Below, in pieces: positions 36,509-43,139 of a DNA stretch of 43,139 nt. The position numbers and the translations under genes are program-made. The notes under the pieces are model-generated. The model was given only the letters and a program-made list of their open reading frames with translations, ran no database searches and was not told where the DNA came from. The first letter of the stretch is position 1, and each line of letters starts with the position of its first letter. The stretch spans positions 1 through 43,139 of the forward strand of contig CAVFRZ010000001.1 of the NCBI GenBank assembly GCA_963624875.1, given 5' to 3'. The DNA is from Anaerovibrio sp. Lineage in GTDB: Bacteria; Bacillota; Clostridia; Lachnospirales; Lachnospiraceae.

Positions 36509-37393
36509 TCATCTTTTCGGAGCAATTACAACTCGGCGGTACGGATCCTCTCCCTCACTGTATGTCGTGACATACCGATCTGACTGCAGCGCAGAATGAA
36601 TCACGCGTCTCTCATAGGGATTCATCGGCTCCAACGCCTGTGCTCTGTGGGATCTCTTTACCTTAAACGCAATGTTCTTGGCAAGATTTTCCAGTGTCTT
36701 CTTGCGTCTTGCGCGATAATCTTCGGTATCCGCTTTGACGTGAACATATCCATCCACATTCTTATTAACAACAAGGGAAACAAGATACTGTATGGAATCC
36801 AACGTCTGTCCTCTTTTGCCAATGAGGACACCCATGTCATCTCCGTCAAAACAAACGTTCAGGATATTCTCCTCCGGATCAAAGGAATAGGAAATCGTAA
36901 CCTCCATTCCCATTGCTCCGAACATGGCCTGCAGGAAGTTCTCGGCTTTTTCCTTAAAGGACTCGATTTGCTCTTCTGTAAATACTGTCTTCGGCTCTTC
37001 CGACTTTACCGGAGAACTCGGCTTTGCACTGCGAGGGGCCTTTGAGCTGCTGTAGGAGGAAGATCTGGTGAAATCCTTTTTCTCATAGCTGCGGCTCTTC
37101 TCTTCATACCGTCTGGAGGAATTTCTTCGATCTGCCTCGTACTCCTCCTGCGTCTTCTCCTCATGAACATTTCCAAGGACATCTCCGCCGACAGCAGAAG
37201 ACCCATGCTCATTTTCCTTAACCTTAGCGCGAATCACTGCATTGCGTGCATTAAAGCCCATAAATCCAAGGCTTCCGGCATCAACAACCTCATACTCCAG
37301 ATTATCACTGGTCACAGAAAACTTGCGGCAGGCTGCTGTAATGCAGTCGTCCAATGTTTTATCTGTAATTTCAATATACTCGTTTTCCATCAT
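36509..37393 (-). CDS. jag: RNA-binding protein Jag/EloR/KhpB
   Basis: Jag N-terminal domain, KH motif LIGKRGQTLDSIQYL and R3H motif ERRVIH. Confidence 0.92.
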   Translation of the reverse strand: MMENEYIEITDKTLDDCITAACRKFSVTSDNLEYEVVDAGSLGFMGFNARNAVIRAKVKENEHGSSAVGGDVLGNVHEEKTQEEYEADRRNSSRRYEEKSRSYEKKDFTRSSSYSSSKAPRSAKPSSPVKSEEPKTVFTEEQIESFKEKAENFLQAMFGAMGMEVTISYSFDPEENILNVCFDGDDMGVLIGKRGQTLDSIQYLVSLVVNKNVDGYVHVKADTEDYRARRKKTLENLAKNIAFKVKRSHRAQALEPMNPYERRVIHSALQSDRYVTTYSEGEDPYRRVVIAPKR

Positions 37394-38757
37394 TTCCCCT
37401 CTTTATCTGCTTTCCTGGAAGTAGAATTTCTGGATACAGAATTATATTCCGCTACCATATTGGCCTTCTCTGCAAGACTGCCCTTCTTATAATGGCGCTC
37501 TGAAACTGCTGCAGTGTCCGCCGCCGTTCCCTTTGAACCGCGATTCTGATAGCCGGCCTTCTGCGAAAGCGTCTGTCTCTTCGTAACCGTTTCATTTCCG
37601 GAAAGAGACTGCTGGCCGCTCTTGGTATTCATCTGAGAATATTCCATCATTCTCTCATATGCAGTGAGCTTATCCCCTCGCTTTTCAGCCTTTTTACGGT
37701 TCTTTTCCTCCTGCTTTTTCAGGAATGCATCCATATCCATTTTGTCAACACTGCGGTTGATAAAGATCTGCTGCAGAGAGCGGATAACAGAACCGGAAAT
37801 CCAGTAGAGTCCCATACCTGCAGGAAGCGTAAAGCAAAACCATGCGGAAATGATCGGCATCGTATAGTTCATGGTCTTCATAGAAGAAGCCATCTGATCC
37901 TGCTGCGGATCTCCCGTGGATGCACTCTGTGTCGGCATCAGAGCCACGTTAATCAGCTGCGTAACAGCTGCCAGAAGCGGAACAATAACAGCGGCAATGA
38001 TTCCGAGAACGGAGCCGGCTGCAATTGCATTTTTCAAAGTAAACCAGGGAGAGTTTCCGATGTTGAGTCCAAGGAAATTGTTGTACTGCTCCAGCTTGGT
38101 GACCGTAGTCTGAATATCGGAAGACAGATTGGTAAAGTGCTCGCCAAGTGCAGTCCAATCTCCGGTGGAAAACCGGTTTAATACATCAATGTATGTATTC
38201 TGAACAACCGTTGAAACACCATTAACAAAGTCATCGGCCTTAAACTCGTTGGCATACTGCGCAGCTGCAGATGTACTCTGCAGATAATCCGTTGCATCGG
38301 ATTCTGCCATTAAATTTGCGACCAGCGGGAAAAAAGCATCCTTTACCAGACCAACATAAGCCGGAATTTTATAAATAACCCGGTACAGTGCGAACAGAAT
38401 CGGCATCTGGATCAAAAGCTGAACACAGCTTCCCATCGGAGAAACGCCGTATTTCTTATATACCGCCTGAACCTCTTCATTCATCCGCATCGCGGATTCC
38501 TGATCCTTGCGGTTCTTGTATTTAGCCTGAATCTTCGAGATCTCCGGCTGCATCTTTTGCTGAAGCTTGGAAAACTTTTGCTGACGAATGGTCAGCGGCA
38601 TCAATGCCATATAGATAATGACAGTGAAAAAAATGATAGACAAACCAATGCTTGGTATCCCGATTTTATCAAGAACCCAGAAAATACCATTCATAAGATA
38701 ACCAAGAAGAGTGGCAATGGGTCCGATAATAAAGGTAGTATCCTGCGTTAAGGGCAT
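37390..38757 (-). CDS. yidC: Membrane protein insertase YidC/Oxa1
   Basis: PLTIRQQK..MQPE, GSC..LLIQMPILFALY and PAGMGLYW. Confidence 0.92.
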   Translation of the reverse strand: MPLTQDTTFIIGPIATLLGYLMNGIFWVLDKIGIPSIGLSIIFFTVIIYMALMPLTIRQQKFSKLQQKMQPEISKIQAKYKNRKDQESAMRMNEEVQAVYKKYGVSPMGSCVQLLIQMPILFALYRVIYKIPAYVGLVKDAFFPLVANLMAESDATDYLQSTSAAAQYANEFKADDFVNGVSTVVQNTYIDVLNRFSTGDWTALGEHFTNLSSDIQTTVTKLEQYNNFLGLNIGNSPWFTLKNAIAAGSVLGIIAAVIVPLLAAVTQLINVALMPTQSASTGDPQQDQMASSMKTMNYTMPIISAWFCFTLPAGMGLYWISGSVIRSLQQIFINRSVDKMDMDAFLKKQEEKNRKKAEKRGDKLTAYERMMEYSQMNTKSGQQSLSGNETVTKRQTLSQKAGYQNRGSKGTAADTAAVSERHYKKGSLAEKANMVAEYNSVSRNSTSRKADKEGK

Positions 38758-38774
38758 GGAACAATTCTCCTTTT

Positions 38775-38871
38775 TGTGGCGTTCTCGCCAAATTAAATTT
38801 CAAAATCATCCTTAGAAATGCAATCCATTCTCGTCTGATTTATGAAATTTTGCCTGGCTCTGAATAGTTAC
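38775..38871 (+). repeat. Partial copy (right half, second subtype) of the repeat family
   Basis: tgtggcgttctcgccaaat..[stem aaatttcaaaatca/tgatttatgaaattt]..ctgaatagttac parallels the reverse complement of 31888-31990. Confidence 0.7.
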
Positions 38872-38878
38872 AGATGTT

Positions 38879-39091
38879 TCAAGGTACCGGATCGTATCCT
38901 CCATGCGAAAAAGGATTGCATCGCAGTATTCTCCACAGGGTAAGCAGTCCCCCCTTCCAGGCCCCATACTTTTCAATGGCCTGCAGCCCATATTCTGAGC
39001 AGGTCGGCGTATAAGGACACCTTGTAGACTTAAGAGGAGACAGATATTTCCTGTAAAACCGAATTGCTGCCAGCATGACATTTTTCATCAT
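38879..39091 (-). CDS. yidD: Membrane protein insertion efficiency factor
   Basis: [19 protein letters not shown] and [22 protein letters not shown] before 39091. Confidence 0.92.
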   Translation of the reverse strand: MMKNVMLAAIRFYRKYLSPLKSTRCPYTPTCSEYGLQAIEKYGAWKGGLLTLWRILRCNPFSHGGYDPVP

Positions 39092-39434
39092 GATCAGATC
39101 CTCCATCACAACAACAGATTCCGGCTTTTTTCAGAAGAAAAAGGAGCGCTCTTTCGATCTCTTTATAACTGGCACCATCTGCCGATCTGCGCCCAACGAC
39201 TGCAATATCCGAACCGCTATCGAATTCTCCTTCATGCAGTCTGTAGCTTTCATGCACCAAACGTTTGATTCTATGCCGAACAACGCTGTTCCCAACCTTC
39301 TTACTCACAGAAATTCCGACTCTGTTTTTGTCCAGTCCATTTTCTCTGACATAGACAACCAGATACTTGTTGGCATAGGACTTTCCGTCCCGATAACATG
39401 TCCTGAAATCTTCGTTTTTTCTTAATGATTCCAC
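39030..39434 (-). CDS. rnpA: Ribonuclease P protein component
   Basis: SLRKNEDF and [21 protein letters not shown]. Probable GTG start at 39434. Confidence 0.92.
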   Translation of the reverse strand: MESLRKNEDFRTCYRDGKSYANKYLVVYVRENGLDKNRVGISVSKKVGNSVVRHRIKRLVHESYRLHEGEFDSGSDIAVVGRRSADGASYKEIERALLFLLKKAGICCCDGGSDHDEKCHAGSNSVLQEISVSS

Positions 39435-39471
39435 GATTCCCCTTGCTTTACATCTGTGTTTGTGATGAAAC

Positions 39472-39498
39472 AAAAGGGGCCGCATTGCTGCGGCCCCT
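39472..39498 (-). terminator. Terminator-like hairpin between rpmH and rnpA
   Basis: ggggccgca-ttgc-tgcggcccc followed by TTTTGTTT on the minus strand. Confidence 0.7.
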
Positions 39499-39511
39499 GA
39501 AAGTTGAAAGC

Positions 39512-39649
39512 TTAAACAGTTAACTGCTTTCTTCCTTTTGCTCTTCTTGCTGCTAAAACCTTACGTCCGCCAGCACTTGCCATTCTTGCACGGAAACCGT
39601 GAACTCTGGCGCGCTGCTTCTTCTTCGGCTGAAGTGTCATTTTTGCCAT
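39512..39649 (-). CDS. rpmH: 50S ribosomal protein L34 (below the ORF-track size cutoff)
   Basis: Manual translation [55 protein letters not shown]. Confidence 0.96.
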   Translation of the reverse strand: MAKMTLQPKKKQRARVHGFRARMASAGGRKVLAARRAKGRKQLTV

Positions 39650-39800
39650 TTCAGTTACACCTCCTTTATCAGAAATATCCTACCTCATCGAACGATGTTA
39701 ACCCAATCGGCAGATCCGGATACGAACCCCTTGCCAAGGTATCCAATCCATTCGATACACAGCTCTGTAATAACAGAATCGTCTTACGAACAGCTCTCAT

Positions 39801-39830
39801 ATTATATGGTAGGAAAACTTAGAGTGTCAA
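39801..39830 (-). promoter_or_regulatory. Consensus sigma-A promoter for rpmH
   Basis: TTGACA(39830-39825)-18 bp-TATAAT(39806-39801). Confidence 0.75.
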
Positions 39831-39896
39831 CTCCCAAAAACCTTTGATTTTCCTCTACAAAATATGGGTTTTTAAAATATTTTTCTCCAATATTTG

Positions 39897-40226
39897 GTGT
39901 CCACAATTCATCCACAAAATGTGGATTTTAAAAACTTTATCCACATTTTGTGGATAAATTGTGGATAACCTTGTGTTTTTACGCGTATACATGAGAATAA
40001 CCATTACAAGAAACCAATGAAATAAAGCATTTCAAAGGAAATTTCGATTTATCCACGAAGTTATCCACATTTCCACATTTTTGGGGATAACTTTTCTGTT
40101 TCCAACCCATTTTGAAGGTTATCCACAATTTGAAAGATCCACAAAAGTAGTATAAGATAACATCTGCATCTCGAAAAAGTGTTGATTTTACAGTGTTTTT
40201 CAGCATTATCCACTCTGATATCCACA
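39897..40226. other. oriC DnaA-box cluster upstream of dnaA
   Basis: Perfect TTATCCACA/TGTGGATAA boxes at 39937, 39949, 39960, 40061 and 40119, plus several near-matches. Confidence 0.92.
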
Positions 40227-40381
40227 CACATTCGACGAAACAACCTGAATTGGGATTTTCACATTTCCATCATTATACGCATCGGTCATTTGTGAATAAT
40301 CTCCGTCTTCTTATCAAAAAAACGCAGTAATTACTTGCGTTACACGAACATCAACGGATGCTTTAGGTAGGGGTATAAGTT

Positions 40382-41746
40382 ATGAACATCGATGAATTGA
40401 AGCTTGGATGGAATGAGATCAAGGAGAATATTCGGGATATCTATCGGATTTCGGATGTTTCCTATAACACGTGGATCCGGGATTTGGAACTTGGAAGTTT
40501 GAATGATGACGTTCTGAGTGTCTGTATTCCAAGCGATAATCCCCTTATGCTCTCTTACTATGAGAAAAAATACCTTGAACCCATCCAGGCCTCCATATCT
40601 GAGCATGTAAATCATCCGATTCAGATCATGTTTGTTCTTAAAAATGATGAGAAAACACAGGAGCAGACGGATCAGCTGCAGAAAAAGAATTCTCTGGCCG
40701 TTAAGGCAGAGGATGCAAATTTAAACCTGCGTTATCGTTTCGATACCTTCGTCGTAGGAGCAAACAACCGTTTTGCACAGTCCGCCTGCGTAGCTGTGGC
40801 GGAATCCCCGGGTACTGTTTATAATCCTCTCTTCCTGTACGGAGGAGCAGGACTTGGCAAAACGCACCTTATGCATTCCATTGGCCATTACATTCTTGAA
40901 CAGAATCCGGATGTCAGAGTCCTTTATGTGACCAGTGAGCAGTTTACAAACGAAGTGATTGAATCTATTCGAAGCGGAAATGCTCAGTCAATGACAAGAC
41001 TTCGTGACAAATATCGCACGGTAGACGTTCTCCTGATCGATGATATCCAGTTCATCATAGGAAAAGAATCCACTCAGGAGGAGTTCTTCCATACCTTTAA
41101 TGAGCTGCATGCAGCCGGCAAACAGATCGTTCTATCCTCCGACCGCCCTCCAAAGGAAATGGAAACACTCGATGAACGCTTCCGTTCTCGATTTGAAATG
41201 GGATTAATTGCGGATATTCAGGCACCGGATTATGAAACAAGAATGGCCATTCTCCGCAAAAACGCCGATGAACAGCACCTTGTGATCGAAGATCAGATTC
41301 TGGAATACATCGCTACGAACATCAAATCCAACATTCGTGAACTGGAAGGCGCATTTAATAAGATCATCGCATATTCCAAGCTGAATAACGTAGAGATTAA
41401 TCTCACAATGGCGCAGGATGTACTAAAAGACATCATCTACCCGAATGCGGAGCACAGCATTACACCGAAAATGATTGCGAACATCGTATGTGAACACTAC
41501 GGCGTAAAGCTTTCCATGGTTGCATCCCGCAAAAAAAACTCAGAATGCGTCATTCCAAGACAGGTGATCATGTACATGTGCCGCGAATACACCGATGCCA
41601 CGCTGGATTCCATTGCACATCTGCTCAATAAAAAGGATCACTCTACCGTCATGCACGGTGTGGATAAAGTGAAGGAGGAAATGGAGAATAACGAGGAATT
41701 AAAGACCAATATCTCCATTATCAAGAAAAAACTGAACCTTCAATAG
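40382..41746 (+). CDS. dnaA: Chromosomal replication initiator
   Basis: YRFDTFVVG, NPLFLYGGAGLGKTHL, LLIDDIQF, QEEFFHTFN, NIRELEG and DHSTVMH. Confidence 0.98.
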   Translation: MNIDELKLGWNEIKENIRDIYRISDVSYNTWIRDLELGSLNDDVLSVCIPSDNPLMLSYYEKKYLEPIQASISEHVNHPIQIMFVLKNDEKTQEQTDQLQKKNSLAVKAEDANLNLRYRFDTFVVGANNRFAQSACVAVAESPGTVYNPLFLYGGAGLGKTHLMHSIGHYILEQNPDVRVLYVTSEQFTNEVIESIRSGNAQSMTRLRDKYRTVDVLLIDDIQFIIGKESTQEEFFHTFNELHAAGKQIVLSSDRPPKEMETLDERFRSRFEMGLIADIQAPDYETRMAILRKNADEQHLVIEDQILEYIATNIKSNIRELEGAFNKIIAYSKLNNVEINLTMAQDVLKDIIYPNAEHSITPKMIANIVCEHYGVKLSMVASRKKNSECVIPRQVIMYMCREYTDATLDSIAHLLNKKDHSTVMHGVDKVKEEMENNEELKTNISIIKKKLNLQ

Positions 41747-41808
41747 AGGGTGCCAAGCATCATCACTTATCGGTTCTTGTTTATAAAATACTTGATTTCC
41801 ACACAAAA

Positions 41809-41876
41809 CGGGGCTGCCTATAACCAGTACGGACAGCCCCGCTTTCATTGATAAAATGGGGCTTTTTTGTTACAAT
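41809..41876 (+). promoter_or_regulatory. Hairpin after dnaA followed by an independent sigma-A promoter for dnaN
   Basis: cggggctg...cagccccg stem. TTGATA(41848-41853)-17 bp-TACAAT(41871-41876) with extended TG. Confidence 0.6.
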
Positions 41877-41884
41877 CGAGAAGG

Positions 41885-41936
41885 TTGTTCACTATTGAAC
41901 GCCCTTTATTATGTACTACGATTATTCTTTACTTAT
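41885..41936 (+). other. Putative origin unwinding element (degenerate DnaA boxes, GCCC, DnaA-trio-like AT-rich tract)
   Basis: ttgttcact-attgaac-gccc-tttattatgtactacgattattctttactta resembles the Firmicute basal unwinding architecture found upstream of dnaN. Confidence 0.5.
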
Positions 41937-41974
41937 AGGCAGCCGGCACTTTGTCGGCAGGCAGGACAGAACAT

Positions 41975-43078
41975 ATGAAACTTCAAATTGAGAAAACCCA
42001 GTTGATATCCGCAGTCAATATCGTTTCACGGGCCGTTGCCAGTAAAACGACGATGCCGATTCTGCAGTGTATTCTGATTGATGCATCCACTGAGAATATA
42101 AAGCTGATTGCAAATGATAATGATCTGGGAATAGAAAATACAGTAGCCGGTGCTATTGAAGAGCATGGAATCATAGCCATTAACGCGGACATATTCTCAA
42201 ATATTGTCAGAAAATTACCGGATGGAACCGTCCTCCTTCAGACAGAAGGTGAGAAAGTTACCATTATATGCGGTAAAGCAAAGTTCACCATCCTGGGAAA
42301 AGACGGTGCAGAATTCACGTATCTGCCGGAGATTAATCGTGAATATGGAATAGAACTGTCTCAGTTCACTCTGCGTGACGTTATTGCCAAGACTATTTTT
42401 TCTATTTCGACAACAGACAGTAATAAATTAATGACAGGTGAGCTGTTTGAAATTAAAGATAACAGACTCCGTGTTGTTGCATTGGACGGACATCGAATTT
42501 CTACAAGAACCGTTGAACTGAAGCAGTCTTATGATGATCGAAAGGTAGTGATCCCCGGAAAGACGCTTTCCGATGTCAGCAAAATCCTCTCCGGTGATAT
42601 GGAAAAAACCGTCCATATCTACTTTACAGAGAGGCATATTCTTTTTGAATTCGATGAAACCATTGTTGTTTCAAGACTTCTGGAGGGAGAATATTTTAAA
42701 ATTGATCAGATGCTCTCGGTGGATTACCGGACACACATCCGGATCAATCGACTTGAACTCCTCTCCTGTCTTGAAAGAGCAACTCTTCTTGTAAAAGAAG
42801 AAGACAAAAAACCGATTATCCTGATGATTACGGATGATATGGTTCAAATGAAGATCCGAACCACACTCGGCAGTATGGATGAGAACATTTCCATCGAGAA
42901 AGAAGGTGAGGATCTTAACATAGGATTTAATCCCAAATTTATGATTGATGCCATTCGCGCCGTAGATGATGAAGAAATTGACATTTACCTGATGACGCAG
43001 CGGGCACCGGCATTTATTCGTGATGATAAATCCTATTGCTACATGGTTCTTCCGGTGAATTTCATAGATATCGATTGA
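41975..43078 (+). CDS. dnaN: DNA polymerase III beta sliding clamp
   Basis: KTTMPILQCILI, VALDGHR, SRLLEGEY, IGFNPKF and YMVLPV. Follows dnaA. Confidence 0.96.
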   Translation: MKLQIEKTQLISAVNIVSRAVASKTTMPILQCILIDASTENIKLIANDNDLGIENTVAGAIEEHGIIAINADIFSNIVRKLPDGTVLLQTEGEKVTIICGKAKFTILGKDGAEFTYLPEINREYGIELSQFTLRDVIAKTIFSISTTDSNKLMTGELFEIKDNRLRVVALDGHRISTRTVELKQSYDDRKVVIPGKTLSDVSKILSGDMEKTVHIYFTERHILFEFDETIVVSRLLEGEYFKIDQMLSVDYRTHIRINRLELLSCLERATLLVKEEDKKPIILMITDDMVQMKIRTTLGSMDENISIEKEGEDLNIGFNPKFMIDAIRAVDDEEIDIYLMTQRAPAFIRDDKSYCYMVLPVNFIDID

Positions 43079-43084
43079 ATAAAG

Positions 43085-43139
43085 GTAATTGTTTAGCACC
43101 CATCTCGATTTTGATACTCGAAAATGCCCGATGGCATTT
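43085..43139 (+). repeat. Repeat-family copy truncated by the window end
   Basis: Begins gtaattgtttagcacccatctcgatttt; 30-nt identity with 21488-21517. Confidence 0.8.

Noticed and set aside
1145..43139. Repeat family interpreted as a CRISPR array or IS element
   Set aside because: Copies are dispersed rather than regularly spaced with unique spacers, and there is no cas or transposase gene in the window.

Overview
This is the chromosomal replication-origin region of a Firmicute, probably Lachnospiraceae-like Clostridia (inferred from gene content and protein style). The right half (~25.4-43.1 kb) is the conserved oriC neighbourhood: DUF3881, serS, DUF4446, parB, parA, an opposite-strand MATE transporter, rsmG, mnmG, mnmE, jag/eloR, yidC, yidD, rnpA, rpmH, a DnaA-box cluster, dnaA and dnaN, plus three parS sites. 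The left half is accessory metabolism in three blocks. (i) A sugar operon (fucose/arabinose-family isomerase, split transketolase, GH78 rhamnosidase, non-canonical FGGY kinase, LacI regulator) resembles a D-apiose-type non-oxidative pathway. (ii) A LexA-boxed, probably leaderless Y-family polymerase plus YolD-like cassette. (iii) A ~14 kb co-oriented 5-oxoproline/D-amino-acid cluster: pxpB, pxpC, dat, DUF1445, pxpA, DUF4392, a LIV-type ABC transporter, a Cmk-like protein, a class I aminotransferase and alr. It carries both halves of a split D-glutamate-cyclase homologue. About ten full or partial copies of a modular ~155-bp intergenic repeat with GTAACTATTCAGCACC-type inverted termini are scattered through the window. 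No rRNA, tRNA, CRISPR array or transposase was seen. All family calls come from motif recognition by eye, not from database searches.
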